A stretch of 64,000 bases of DNA, from positions 895-64,894 of the forward strand of contig CAMOYT010000001.1 of assembly GCA_946630315.1 (NCBI GenBank). Direction: 5' to 3'. Source of the DNA: an uncultured Bacillota bacterium. GTDB taxonomy: Bacteria > Bacillota_I > Bacilli_A > RF39 > UBA660. The notes under the pieces are model-generated. The model was not told the origin of the DNA. It did not search any database and saw nothing but the letters and a program-made list of their open reading frames with translations. Position numbers and translations under genes: made by a program. This document shows, one piece after another, positions 48,784 to 58,843 of this stretch; within the stretch, counting starts at the first letter, position 1, and each line of letters opens with the position of its first letter.

Positions 48784-51207
48784 ATGAAATTATCATTAAA
48801 TTGGATTAAAAAATACATTGATTTACCAAAAGATATAACTCCTAGTCAAATAGCTTATGATTTAACACTTAGAACTGTTGAAGTTGAAGGAGTAGAAAAT
48901 ACTAAAGATAAGTTTCATGATATTGTAGTTGGAAAGATATTAGAAGTTAAGGATCATCCAAATGCAGATACTTTAAAAGTATGTATTGTTGATATTGGAG
49001 AAGATACTCCTAAACAAATTGTTTGTGGAGGATCTAATCTTTATAAAGACGAGCTAGTTGTTGTATCTAAACCAGGTAGTGAGGTTTATTGGCATGGAGA
49101 AGATCAATTAGTTAAGATTAAAGAAACTAAAATGCGTGGAGAAGATTCATATGGTATGATTTGTGGAGCTACAGAGGTTTACTTAGATAAGTTCTTCCCA
49201 CCAAAAGATGAAAGAGAAATAGTTGATTTATCTGGAATAGATTGTAAAGTAGGAGATAATATTGCTGATGTTGTATTTATGGATGATACAGTATTAGAAA
49301 TAGATAATAAATCACTTACTAATAGACCAGATTTATGGGGACATTATGGAGTAGCTCGTGAACTTTCAGCAATTTATAATGTTCCATTAAAAGAATTACC
49401 TAAGTTTAGTATTGATAAAGATTTACCAAAATATAAAGTAGAAATAAAGGAACCAGAAAAGTGTAATAGATATACTGCTACTGAAATAGAGGGGATTGAT
49501 ACACGTGAAGCTCCTCTATGGATGAAGGCTTTAATTATTAATGCTGGTATGAGACCAATTAATGCTATTGTTGATATTACTAATTATGTAATGATGGCAG
49601 TTGGACAACCTTCTCATGCATTTGATAGAACTCATGTTGAGGGAGAACAAATTATTGTTAGAAATGCTAAGAAGAATGAAAAATTATTATTATTAGATGA
49701 AAAAGATTTAGATTTAACTGTAGATGATTTAGTTATTGCTGATAAAGAATCAGCTTTATGTCTTGCTGGAGTTAGAGGTGGTAAGAAAGATTCAATTCTT
49801 CCTGATACTACAGGAGTATTACTTGAAGTTGCTAACTTTACAGCTAGTACTATTAGAAAGACAGATAAGAGATTTGATGAAAAGACTGATAGTGCTATTA
49901 GATATGAAAAAGCAATTGATACTGAAAGAGTACAAGAAGGATTAGAATATGCTTTATACTTAATTAAAGAAATATTTAAAGATAGTAAGATTATTGCTTT
50001 TAATGATGTTTATCCTATCAAGACAGAAAGATGTAAGATTGATATTGAACAAGATTTCTTAGATGTTAGACTTGGAAAAGTACTAGATAGAAAAACAATT
50101 GAAGGTGTATTAAAAGCTATTGGATATGATGTTAATTATAAGAGTGGAGTATATCATGTTACTGCTCCTGTATGGAGATCAACTGGAGATGTGTCTTTAA
50201 AAGATGATGTAATGGGAGATATTGCTAGACTTTTAAGTTTTGAAAGTTTTGAAGCTAAACCATTACCAGTAAAGTTTACTAAGGCAGTTAAACAAAATAA
50301 AGTGTCTTTAGAGAGAAATATTAGAGAGTATTTAGCTTTTAGATGTGGATTTAATGAAATATTTACTTATCCTTGGATAGATGATAAGTATATTAAAGCT
50401 AGTAAGATAGATATTTCTAAATCTGTTAAGTTAGCAACTCCACCAGCTCCTGAATTAGCTATTCTTAGAAGTTCGTTAGTTCCAGGTGCTTTAGAAGTTA
50501 TTTCTAAAAACTTAAGATATTATAATGAATTTAGAATATTTGAAGTAGCCCAAGTGTTTGAAAAAGGTGAATATCATGAAAGTAGTGAAGATGAGACTCT
50601 TCCAATTCATAAGAAATTAATTACTGGTGCTATAGTTGGAAAGAATGCTAAAGATTTATTCTTTGAAGCTAAAGGTGTAATTGAAGATATGGCTAGCTTC
50701 AATCATATGGAAGAATTACATTTTGAAGTTAAGTCTCAACCTAGTTGGGCTGATAAAAATGCTTATTTAAATATTATGTTAGGTGATGAAGAAATTGGTG
50801 CTTTAGGACTTTTATCTTACTTTGCTATGAGTGAAGCTAAAATTAAGAGAGTAAATGTTGCTATATTTGAAATTAATTTTGATAAGTTAGTTCCATTTGC
50901 TTCTCGTACAAATGAGTTTGTACATTTACCACAATTCCCATTAGTTGAGAAAGACTTATCTATTATTGTAGATGAAGATGTTACTTGGGATAAGATTTCT
51001 AAAGTTATTAAATCTAAAGTTAAGAATTTAGAGTTTATTGAAGAATATCGTGGTAATCAAATACCTGAAGGTAAGAAATCAATTACTTTAAGAATACATA
51101 TAGGTAATGATGATAGTACTATGACAAGTGATGAGATTAATAAAAAGATGAGTAGTCTTATGAATAGTCTTAATCATGTATGTGGTGCAGAATTAAGAGA
51201 AGAGTAG
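48784..51207 (+). CDS. pheT: Phenylalanyl-tRNA synthetase beta subunit.
   Basis: 807 aa. N-terminal tRNA-binding domain; B3/4, B5 and FDX-ACB regions. Confidence 0.9.
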   Translation: MKLSLNWIKKYIDLPKDITPSQIAYDLTLRTVEVEGVENTKDKFHDIVVGKILEVKDHPNADTLKVCIVDIGEDTPKQIVCGGSNLYKDELVVVSKPGSEVYWHGEDQLVKIKETKMRGEDSYGMICGATEVYLDKFFPPKDEREIVDLSGIDCKVGDNIADVVFMDDTVLEIDNKSLTNRPDLWGHYGVARELSAIYNVPLKELPKFSIDKDLPKYKVEIKEPEKCNRYTATEIEGIDTREAPLWMKALIINAGMRPINAIVDITNYVMMAVGQPSHAFDRTHVEGEQIIVRNAKKNEKLLLLDEKDLDLTVDDLVIADKESALCLAGVRGGKKDSILPDTTGVLLEVANFTASTIRKTDKRFDEKTDSAIRYEKAIDTERVQEGLEYALYLIKEIFKDSKIIAFNDVYPIKTERCKIDIEQDFLDVRLGKVLDRKTIEGVLKAIGYDVNYKSGVYHVTAPVWRSTGDVSLKDDVMGDIARLLSFESFEAKPLPVKFTKAVKQNKVSLERNIREYLAFRCGFNEIFTYPWIDDKYIKASKIDISKSVKLATPPAPELAILRSSLVPGALEVISKNLRYYNEFRIFEVAQVFEKGEYHESSEDETLPIHKKLITGAIVGKNAKDLFFEAKGVIEDMASFNHMEELHFEVKSQPSWADKNAYLNIMLGDEEIGALGLLSYFAMSEAKIKRVNVAIFEINFDKLVPFASRTNEFVHLPQFPLVEKDLSIIVDEDVTWDKISKVIKSKVKNLEFIEEYRGNQIPEGKKSITLRIHIGNDDSTMTSDEINKKMSSLMNSLNHVCGAELREE

Positions 51208-51260
51208 TCTTCTCTTTTAATTTTCTTTATTTTATTGTAAAATATACGTGTGGTGGTATT

Positions 51261-51899
51261 ATGGACTTGAAAATTAACGGAGTAAAATATCCAGTTGTAA
51301 TTGAAAAGAAGATGAAGAATCGTAATACTTATATTAGAGTTACTAAAGATTTAGAAATAAAAGTTACTACTAATTATTTTAGTACTAATAGATATATTGT
51401 TAATTTGCTTGAAGAAAGTTATTCAAGAATATGTGATATGTTAGAAGTACAACTAAAGAAAAAAGAAAATAATACAGGTTTCTTTTATTTAGGAAAAAAA
51501 TACGAAGTAGTATATAAAGATATAGATGGTATTGAGTTTATTGATAATAGAGTATTTATGAGTCGTGATTTTGATATATATAAATGGTATAAGAAGCAAG
51601 CTAAAGTACTATTTTTAGAACATTTAAATAAGATATATGATAATTATAGTATTAAACTACCTAAGCCTAGTCTTAGAATTAGAAAGATGACTAGTAGATG
51701 GGGAGTATGTAATATTAAGACACATATTATTACAATAAATCTTGAATTAATTAAACGAGATACTAAGTATTTAGATTATGTTATTACTCATGAAATTGCT
51801 CATTTGAAACATGGTGATCATTCTAGTAGATTTTGGGCTTTAGTTGAGGATAATATGCCAGATTATAAAAAGTATAAAGAAGAAATGAAGGAGTTTTAA
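51261..51899 (+). CDS. YgjP-like (DUF45) metal-dependent hydrolase. The track ORF begins at 51180.
   Basis: HEIAHLKHGDHSSRFW zinc-binding motif. Confidence 0.7.
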   Translation: MDLKINGVKYPVVIEKKMKNRNTYIRVTKDLEIKVTTNYFSTNRYIVNLLEESYSRICDMLEVQLKKKENNTGFFYLGKKYEVVYKDIDGIEFIDNRVFMSRDFDIYKWYKKQAKVLFLEHLNKIYDNYSIKLPKPSLRIRKMTSRWGVCNIKTHIITINLELIKRDTKYLDYVITHEIAHLKHGDHSSRFWALVEDNMPDYKKYKEEMKEF

Positions 51900-52627
51900 T
51901 GGTAATTAGTAGTTGTGATAATGAGAAAATTAAAAAGTATAGTAAACTAGCTAAAAAGAAGTATAGAGATAGTTTAGGTCTTTATTTAGTAGAAGGTGAA
52001 CATCTAGTACAAGAAGCTTTAAAAGTTGGAAATGTAGTTGATTTATTTATATTAGAGAATAGTAATTTATCCTATGATGGGACTTTGGTTAGTATTGATG
52101 TCATGAAAAAGTTAAGTACTATGGATACTCCTTGTAATATTTGTTGTGTGTGTAAAAAGAATAATAGTAATGAGATTAAAGGTAGTAGATTATTACTATT
52201 AGATGAAATACAAGATCCTGGGAATATGGGTACTATTATTAGAAGTAGTGTAGCTTTTAATATAGATACTATTATTCTTAGTAATAAGTGTTGTGATTTA
52301 TATAATCCTAAAGTTTTAAGAGCAACACAAGGTATTTATAATTATATTAATATTATTAATATGGATAGTATGGAATGTATTAATAAAGTAAAAGAATTAG
52401 GTATTTGTGTTTATGGTACTGATGTTAATAATGGAATTGATGTTAGTGAATTAAGTAGGGAAGATAAGAGTAGTTTTTTACTTATACTTGGTAATGAAGG
52501 TAATGGTATAAGTGATGAAGTAAAAGCATTAGTTGATAAAAATATTTATATTTCTATGAATAGTAATGTAGAAAGTTTAAATGTTGGAGTTGCTGGTAGT
52601 ATAATATTATATGAATTAGGAAGGTGA
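51899..52627 (+). CDS. TrmH/SpoU family RNA 2'-O-methyltransferase.
   Basis: LLLLDEIQDPGNMGTIIRSSVAF and LGNEGNG SPOUT motifs. Position after pheT as in B. subtilis ysgA. Confidence 0.8.
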   Translation: MVISSCDNEKIKKYSKLAKKKYRDSLGLYLVEGEHLVQEALKVGNVVDLFILENSNLSYDGTLVSIDVMKKLSTMDTPCNICCVCKKNNSNEIKGSRLLLLDEIQDPGNMGTIIRSSVAFNIDTIILSNKCCDLYNPKVLRATQGIYNYINIINMDSMECINKVKELGICVYGTDVNNGIDVSELSREDKSSFLLILGNEGNGISDEVKALVDKNIYISMNSNVESLNVGVAGSIILYELGR

Positions 52628-52631
52628 TAGT

Positions 52632-52751
52632 ATGAGTAGTACATTAGCTTTAGTATTAATAATTTTATTTGCTGCTTTAGTAGTAGTTGGATGTGTAACA
52701 GCAGGAATTATTATATTAATTAAGTCACTTGATAAAAAGGGTGATAAGTAA
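52632..52751 (+). CDS. Possible small membrane protein (39 aa). Not in the ORF track.
   Basis: RBS GGAAGGTGA, then ATG. MSSTLALVLIILFAALVVVGCVTAGIIILIKSLDKKGDK: a single TM helix plus basic tail. Stop abuts the rimM start. Confidence 0.35.
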   Translation: MSSTLALVLIILFAALVVVGCVTAGIIILIKSLDKKGDK

Positions 52752-53224
52752 TGGATAATATTTATATTGGTAAAATTGTAAGTACTCATGGTATTAAAGG
52801 TGAAGTTAAGATTATTAGTAGTTTTCAATTTAAAGATAAAGTATTTGTCGTTGGTAATAAGTTAATTATTGATGATAAAGAATATACTATTAGAACTTAT
52901 CGTCATCATAAGAATTTTGAGATGGTTACTTTAGATGAATATAATGATATTAATCAAGTATTGTTTTTATTAAGAAAAAAAGTTTATTTTAGAAAAGAAG
53001 ATTTAAAATTAGGTGCTGAAGATATATTAGATAGTGATCTTCTTGGTTACAAGGTATTAACAAATACTAAAGAAGAAGGTATAATAAAGGAAATATTTTA
53101 TGCAAGTCCTAGTAATAAAGTAATTAGAATATTTACTACTAGGGAGTATTTAATACCTTATAGTTTAGTTAAAATAGATAAGGATAAAAAAGAAGTATTT
53201 GTTGAAATAATGGAGGGGATGTAA
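52751..53224 (+). CDS. rimM: Ribosome maturation factor RimM.
   Basis: IGKIVSTHGIKGEVKI N-terminus. Position before trmD. Confidence 0.85.
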   Translation: MDNIYIGKIVSTHGIKGEVKIISSFQFKDKVFVVGNKLIIDDKEYTIRTYRHHKNFEMVTLDEYNDINQVLFLLRKKVYFRKEDLKLGAEDILDSDLLGYKVLTNTKEEGIIKEIFYASPSNKVIRIFTTREYLIPYSLVKIDKDKKEVFVEIMEGM

Positions 53225-53886
53225 TGATAATAGATATACTTACATTATTTCCAGAAATGTATAATGGGGTTTTTACTGAGAGTATTATTAAAAGAGCAGT
53301 AGAAGAAGATAAAGTAAAAATAAATATACATAATTTTAGGGATTATAGTACAGATCCTCATCATAAAGTAGATGATACTCCATATGGTGGAGGAGCAGGT
53401 ATGGTTCTTACTTGTCAACCAATATTTGACTGTGTTAAAAATTTAAGAAAAGAAAATAGTAAAGTAATATTACTTACTCCAGATGGAGTATTATATAAAG
53501 AGAAAATGGCTTATGATTTAAGTCAGGAAAAACATCTAATACTTATTTGTGGTCACTATGAGGGATTTGATGAGAGAATTAGAAGTATATGTGATTTAGA
53601 AATAAGTATTGGAGATTATGTACTTACTGGTGGTGAAATACCTAGTATGGTATTAGTAGATAGTATAGTTAGATTAATTCCTGGAGTTATTGAAGAAGAG
53701 AGTCATTTAAATGATAGTTTTAATGATAATTTGTTAGATTATCCTACTTATACTAAACCTAGAGTATATGAGGGAATGGAAGTTCCTGAAGTATTAGTTT
53801 CAGGAGATCATAAAAGGATTAATGAATTTAGAGAAAATGAAAGATTAAAAAGAACTAAAGAGAGAAGACCAGATTTATTAGATTAG
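53224..53886 (+). CDS. trmD: tRNA (guanine37-N1)-methyltransferase.
   Basis: IIDILTLFPEMY..., ...GHYEGFDERI..., GGEIP motifs. Confidence 0.9.
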   Translation: MIIDILTLFPEMYNGVFTESIIKRAVEEDKVKINIHNFRDYSTDPHHKVDDTPYGGGAGMVLTCQPIFDCVKNLRKENSKVILLTPDGVLYKEKMAYDLSQEKHLILICGHYEGFDERIRSICDLEISIGDYVLTGGEIPSMVLVDSIVRLIPGVIEEESHLNDSFNDNLLDYPTYTKPRVYEGMEVPEVLVSGDHKRINEFRENERLKRTKERRPDLLD

Positions 53887-53896
53887 GAGGAATATT

Positions 53897-54346
53897 ATGT
53901 ATATTCTTGATAAAAAGTATGATAATAAAAATGTAATTATTGATAATACGGAAATATATAATTTACGTGGTTTTCCTATGGGTGATGGAAGAAGTTTCAT
54001 GATACAAGGTAATAGTGTTAGTAATATTAATATTATGAATAGTGAACTTAATCATCCATTAGTTATTAGAAAAGTTTATAATCAATATTCTAGATTAGTT
54101 GAACTAATTACTAATTTATTATTAGATGATAATGACGATGATGGAGCAAGTTATAGAGAGGCATTAAATCAAATAGAGAGATTTAGAATTATCGTTAAAA
54201 ATCAATATAGAGCTTTTTTAGAAAAAGAAGAACTTGCTTTTATGGGTAAACAGTTATCTATATTAAGGCAAGAAGCTGGGGTAAAGCTTATGGAAATACA
54301 AAATAGTTATGATAGATATATGGAGACATCTCGCAGAGGAAAGTGA
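53897..54346 (+). CDS. Hypothetical protein at the proximal edge of TasA/SipW locus B.
   Basis: 149 aa, RBS AGGAGGAA. A terminator hairpin overlaps its 3' end (gagacatctc...gagatgtct plus T6). Confidence 0.45.
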   Translation: MYILDKKYDNKNVIIDNTEIYNLRGFPMGDGRSFMIQGNSVSNINIMNSELNHPLVIRKVYNQYSRLVELITNLLLDDNDDDGASYREALNQIERFRIIVKNQYRAFLEKEELAFMGKQLSILRQEAGVKLMEIQNSYDRYMETSRRGK

Positions 54347-54423
54347 GATGTCTTTTTTAAAATATATTGAAAATGTTTAAAATTAGTGTTATTCTTTTAA
54401 TAGTAAGATAGAGGAGGAATAAT

Positions 54424-54999
54424 ATGGATAGGGCAGAGAGAAATCAAAGAGAAATGCGTATTATTACTGTAGTTGCTTTATGTGTTGCGGTTATTTGTTT
54501 AAGTGTTGCTTATGCTGCAATGAATCAAACTTTAAAAGTATCAGGAGAAGCTAATATGAGAGTTGCAGATTGGAGTATTCATTTTAATAATGTTAATGCT
54601 TCAACTACTGGAGTTGCTACTTATACTATGCCAAATGTTTCTAATACTCAATTAAGTGATTTTGGAGTAGTCCTTACTAAACCAGGTGATTCTGTTACAT
54701 TTACTTTTGATATTGTTAATGATGGTGGTATTAATGCAGTACTTGGTACTCTTACTAAAGGTAAACCTGAATGTAGTAGTTTGACTAGTGATAAAGATGC
54801 TAAAATAGTATGTGATAATCTTATCTATACTTTAGAATATGATAATGGAAGTGCAGTAGAAGTTGGAGATACATTAGATAGTAATACTCATATGAGTGCT
54901 AAATTAAAAATTGCTTATAAAGATGGAGCAAAAGAAGTGCCTGAGTCTACTGTTAATATTAATGGGCTTGATTTAGTTCTTATTTATAACCAAGATTAA
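54424..54999 (+). CDS. TasA/camelysin-family secreted protein with a SipW-type signal peptide (locus B, copy 1).
   Basis: Signal ends VAYA|AMNQTLKVSG. LTKPGDSVTFTFDIVNDGGINAVLG core. Confidence 0.7.
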   Translation: MDRAERNQREMRIITVVALCVAVICLSVAYAAMNQTLKVSGEANMRVADWSIHFNNVNASTTGVATYTMPNVSNTQLSDFGVVLTKPGDSVTFTFDIVNDGGINAVLGTLTKGKPECSSLTSDKDAKIVCDNLIYTLEYDNGSAVEVGDTLDSNTHMSAKLKIAYKDGAKEVPESTVNINGLDLVLIYNQD

Positions 55000-55030
55000 A
55001 GAAAAGAGTTCTTTTCTTTTTTTTTGCTTT
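55000..55030 (+). terminator. Terminator/attenuator between the two TasA-like genes.
   Basis: agaaaagagttcttttct hairpin plus T9. Confidence 0.6.
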
Positions 55031-55063
55031 ATGGTATGATTTATAAAGATAGGAGGAGTACTT

Positions 55064-55639
55064 ATGACAATGGATCGTAGTAGGCGTTTTAAGATTGTTT
55101 CAATCTTTATATTGATAATTGCGGTTATTGGTTTATCTATTGCTTATGCTGCAATGAGTGAAGTTTTAAGTATTTCTGGAACAGCTAAAATGAATAGTGC
55201 TAATTGGAAAATTAAGTTTGAAAATTTGAAAGCTGAAAAAACAGGTGATGCTACTTTTGTAGTACCTACTATTAGTGATACATCTCTTATGAATTATGAA
55301 GTTAATTTAACTAAGCCAGGTGATTCTGTTACATTTACTTTTGATGTTTATAATAATGGTAATATTGATGCAGTACTTGGTACTCTTACTAAAGGAAAAC
55401 CTGAATGTAGTGGAGTTGGTTCTAATGGGGTTAATGATGCTAATATAGTATGTAATAATATTACTTATAATTTAAAATATAGTGATAATAATGTAGTTAA
55501 AGAAGGAGATTCTTTAGAGAAGGGTACTTTTAAAACAATGGTTTTATCTCTGCAATATAATAGTGATTCAACTAGTTTACCTAATGATGATGTTATAGTT
55601 AGAGGGTTAGATATTAATTTAATATATGATCAAGATTAG
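55064..55639 (+). CDS. TasA/camelysin-family secreted protein (locus B, copy 2).
   Basis: Signal ends IAYA|AMSEVLSISG. LTKPGDSVTFTFDVYNNGNIDAVLG core. Paralogous to 54424 and 25603. Confidence 0.7.
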   Translation: MTMDRSRRFKIVSIFILIIAVIGLSIAYAAMSEVLSISGTAKMNSANWKIKFENLKAEKTGDATFVVPTISDTSLMNYEVNLTKPGDSVTFTFDVYNNGNIDAVLGTLTKGKPECSGVGSNGVNDANIVCNNITYNLKYSDNNVVKEGDSLEKGTFKTMVLSLQYNSDSTSLPNDDVIVRGLDINLIYDQD

Positions 55640-55651
55640 GAGTTGATTTTT

Positions 55652-56779
55652 ATGAGAGATGAATCTTCTCGTATTCTACTTATAGAAATTTTACTACTAA
55701 TTGTAAGTTTATGGGGATTATTTACTAGTCAATTTAATTTATTATTATATTTAATTCTATTAATAGTTCCTTTGGTTTTAACTATATATTTATTAGGAGT
55801 AGAAAAAAGAGGGGAAAGGCTAACCAAAGATAGTTTATTAATTCTATTGATTGGTAGTATTAGTTATTACTTAATTACTTATATTATTGGATATTTTAGT
55901 GGCTTCTTAAGAAGTGGATATAGTCATGATTTAGGAAGTATTATTTATAATATTAGTCTTTGGAGTATATTTGTAATAATAATAGAATTTATACGTGGTA
56001 TTATTATAAAAAAAGGTAAATATTATAATAAATTAATATATTTTTCTATATTTGTATTTACAATACTTGAAGTAGTTACTAATATGTCTATATATAATAT
56101 TATTAGTAAGATGGTATTATTTGATACTATATTTAGTGTTATAATACCTATTTTTACTAAGAATTTATTAATGACTTATATTTGTTATCATGCTGATTAT
56201 AAAAATAATATTATTTATAGATTAATTATGGAATTACCTATATATGTAGTTCCTATAATTCCTAATATGGGAGATTATTTAAGAAATCTTATTTTGATGT
56301 TGTTGCCACTAATACTTATTTATTGGCATAATACTAGTTTTTTTAATAGTAGAGAGATTAAAGATGGAAAAAATTTGCATAAGAAATATGTTATAGAGAA
56401 AATTTGTGATATAATGGTTATGATAGTGCTAGTAGTTGTTGTAGTACTTGAAAGTGGTATCTTTAGATTTGTTGCTTTAACAATAGGTAGTGAATCTATG
56501 ACTAGTACAATTAATAAAGGTGATGTAGTTATTATTGATAAGGGTAGTAATAACTATAAGGTAGGAGATATTATTGCTTTTAGAAAGGGTAGTCATATCT
56601 TAGTACATAGAATTGTTTATAAGTCAGAAAATGGATACAATACAAAAGGGGACTTTAATAAAGAAAAGGATAATTGGTTGGTTAAGGAAGACAATATAGT
56701 TGGAAAATATGTTTTTAAAGTTAATTACATAGGTTGGCCAACTGTTAAACTGAATGAATGGTTAAGTGGTGGTGTCTAG
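55652..56779 (+). CDS. Fusion protein (locus B): polytopic membrane domain plus C-terminal SipW-like archaeal/ER-type signal peptidase I. The track ORF begins at 55643.
   Basis: GSESMTSTINKGDVVIID...VHRIVYK...KGDFNKEKD. The N-terminal domain shares KNLLMTYICYHADYK / YRLIMELPIYVVPIIPNMGDY motifs with the 26251 protein. Confidence 0.75.
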   Translation: MRDESSRILLIEILLLIVSLWGLFTSQFNLLLYLILLIVPLVLTIYLLGVEKRGERLTKDSLLILLIGSISYYLITYIIGYFSGFLRSGYSHDLGSIIYNISLWSIFVIIIEFIRGIIIKKGKYYNKLIYFSIFVFTILEVVTNMSIYNIISKMVLFDTIFSVIIPIFTKNLLMTYICYHADYKNNIIYRLIMELPIYVVPIIPNMGDYLRNLILMLLPLILIYWHNTSFFNSREIKDGKNLHKKYVIEKICDIMVMIVLVVVVVLESGIFRFVALTIGSESMTSTINKGDVVIIDKGSNNYKVGDIIAFRKGSHILVHRIVYKSENGYNTKGDFNKEKDNWLVKEDNIVGKYVFKVNYIGWPTVKLNEWLSGGV

Positions 56780-57977
56780 TATGGAAAAATTTAAATTTGT
56801 CAAAGATGAAATTGAATTAGAAAAAGAAGATCAAGCTAGGGAAGAAAAGAAGCAAGAAGCTTTAAAAGCTATAGATGAAAAAGAAGAGACTGAAGTAACT
56901 GAAGTAGTAGAAGAACCAACTGAAGAAGTTGATATTGAAGGGTTTAGAGTTAAGAAACGTCCTTATTTTGGATTTAAGGCAAGAGTATTTTTCTTCTTTA
57001 TAGTTGCTTTACTATTCTTTGTAGGTGGTTGCTATTTCTTAGTTGAATCAGTTGATAAGAGCAAAAGTGATAAAGTTACTTATGATGAGGTAAGTTCTAC
57101 TGCATATCAAGTATGTATGAAGAATGCTAGTCATTATCAAGATACTTGTCAAAAAGAAGGAAGAGCTTATATTTCTGAAGTTGCTAATACAATTGAGTCT
57201 ACATTTAAATATAATGTTAATATTAGTGATGAAATAGAGTATAATGTTAAATACTATATAGAAGCTAAGACTAGTATTTTTGATAAAGATGATAGTACTA
57301 AATTATTATATTCTTCAGCAGAAAACTTAGTAGATAATACTCCTTTAAGTGGAGTTGGTAATAAGATTTCAATACTTGAAGATATTAAAATACCATATAA
57401 AAAGTATAATGACTTTGTATTAAGTTATAAGAGTAAATATGCTATTAATGCTGATGCTAAATTAGATGTTAATTTATATTTAGTAGAAGATGGTAAGAGT
57501 CGTAAGATATCTGGATTAAGTATGGATCTTGGTAGTAAGACATTTAGTATTAAGAAAGCTAATACTACTAATATTAAAAAAGTAGTAGATTTAGAAAATA
57601 ATAGTTGGGATGAATATAATACTGTTTGTTTTGTAGTAGGAGTTATATTATTACTATGTAGTTTATTTGTTATTATTAAACTTAGTAGTTTTGTAAACAA
57701 GGTTATTAATAATAAGAGTAAATATCAAAGAATATTACAAACTATACTTAGAGAATATGATAGAATTATTGTTGATACTAAGGATGGATATATTGTTCCT
57801 GAAGATAAAGTAATATTAGAACTTGATAGTTTTAATGAATTAGTAGATGCTAGAGATACTTTAGGAAAACCAATTGTTTATGAAAAAGTAAATGATGTTA
57901 AGAGTCAATTCTTTGTAGAAGATGATAATAAAGTTTATAAATTTACTTTAAAAGAAGCAGATGTAGATGAAAATTAG
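56766..57977 (+). CDS. Membrane accessory protein (locus B): acidic N-terminus, TM, ~200-aa extracytoplasmic region, second TM, and a C-terminal domain homologous to part of the 27399 protein.
   Basis: TMs at FFFFIVALLFFVGGCYFLV and VCFVVGVILLLCSLFVIIKL. C-terminal domain aligns with 27399 (see that entry). Confidence 0.55.
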   Translation: MVVSSMEKFKFVKDEIELEKEDQAREEKKQEALKAIDEKEETEVTEVVEEPTEEVDIEGFRVKKRPYFGFKARVFFFFIVALLFFVGGCYFLVESVDKSKSDKVTYDEVSSTAYQVCMKNASHYQDTCQKEGRAYISEVANTIESTFKYNVNISDEIEYNVKYYIEAKTSIFDKDDSTKLLYSSAENLVDNTPLSGVGNKISILEDIKIPYKKYNDFVLSYKSKYAINADAKLDVNLYLVEDGKSRKISGLSMDLGSKTFSIKKANTTNIKKVVDLENNSWDEYNTVCFVVGVILLLCSLFVIIKLSSFVNKVINNKSKYQRILQTILREYDRIIVDTKDGYIVPEDKVILELDSFNELVDARDTLGKPIVYEKVNDVKSQFFVEDDNKVYKFTLKEADVDEN

Positions 57978-58000
57978 TTTTCATCTACATTTTTTTATGT
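57969..58000 (+). terminator. Terminator after locus B.
   Basis: gatgaaaa-ttag-ttttcatc hairpin plus T-run. Confidence 0.6.
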
Positions 58001-58031
58001 TATAATATGAAACTATGGAGGGGAAATTATA

Positions 58032-58340
58032 ATGGTTGTAGAGAAAGCAGATCAATTTTTAAACTTACATAGTGAATATGAAAGTAAGTTAGTAGTAATT
58101 AATAGTTATTTTACTAATGCATTAATTAATTTAGAGAGTGATTCTAGTAAGGAAGCTATTTCTAATATGTTTAGAGATTTTTATCAAGTAATTGCTAAAT
58201 TTACTGATGAATTAAATGCTGAAGTAAGTATGGATAAGAAATTAGAGATTGCGCTTAGAAGAGATGCATTTTTAAATAATTTAATAAGTACTTATGGAAT
58301 AGAGTATAATACTAAAGAAAAAAGTGAATTTAAGAAATAA
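58032..58340 (+). CDS. Hypothetical small helical protein.
   Basis: 102 aa, RBS GGAGGGGAA, own promoter (tgttataat). Confidence 0.45.
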   Translation: MVVEKADQFLNLHSEYESKLVVINSYFTNALINLESDSSKEAISNMFRDFYQVIAKFTDELNAEVSMDKKLEIALRRDAFLNNLISTYGIEYNTKEKSEFKK

Positions 58341-58389
58341 ATCGTTGATTTTATTGTGTTTTAGTGTTATAATTTAATTCGTCTAGTGA

Positions 58390-58464
58390 AAACTAGTGCA
58401 GAATGATTCGCTGGTCAGATGATTATAATCATTTCAAGGTATATTTTTAGAGAGGAGAGCTAAT
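58390..58464 (+). promoter_or_regulatory. Putative rplS (L19) leader, with promoter TTGATT-17-TTATAAT at ~58349-58377.
   Basis: Structured ~75-nt leader (ctagtgaaaactag hairpin). Position matches the Firmicutes L19 leader element. Not verified against the model. Confidence 0.35.
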
Positions 58465-58809
58465 ATGAATATTATTGACAAAATCAATGAAAAACAAATT
58501 AATCCTAACGTTCCAGAATTTCGTGTTGGAGATACTGTAAGAGTAGACGTTAAGATTATCGAAGGTAAAAGAGAAAGAATCCAAGCTTTCGAAGGTACAG
58601 TAGTTGCTCGCCGTGGTGGTTCAGTAAGTGAAACATTTACAGTACGTAAAATGTCTAGTGGTATTGGAGTTGAGAGAACTTTCCCAATTCATTCACCAAA
58701 AGTTGCTGGTATCACTGTAGTACGTAAAGGTAAAGTTAGACGTGCTAAACTTAACTTCCTTAAAGGTATGGTTGGCGGATATCGTATTAAAGAAAGAGGA
58801 CAAAAATAA
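58465..58809 (+). CDS. rplS: 50S ribosomal protein L19.
   Basis: ...[32 protein letters not shown]... Confidence 0.9.
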   Translation: MNIIDKINEKQINPNVPEFRVGDTVRVDVKIIEGKRERIQAFEGTVVARRGGSVSETFTVRKMSSGIGVERTFPIHSPKVAGITVVRKGKVRRAKLNFLKGMVGGYRIKERGQK

Positions 58810-58835
58810 GGCCAAAGCCTTATTTTTTTATTAGA
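58808..58835 (+). terminator. Terminator after rplS.
   Basis: aaggccaaagcctt hairpin plus T8. Confidence 0.65.
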
Positions 58836-58843
58836 GGTGTTGT

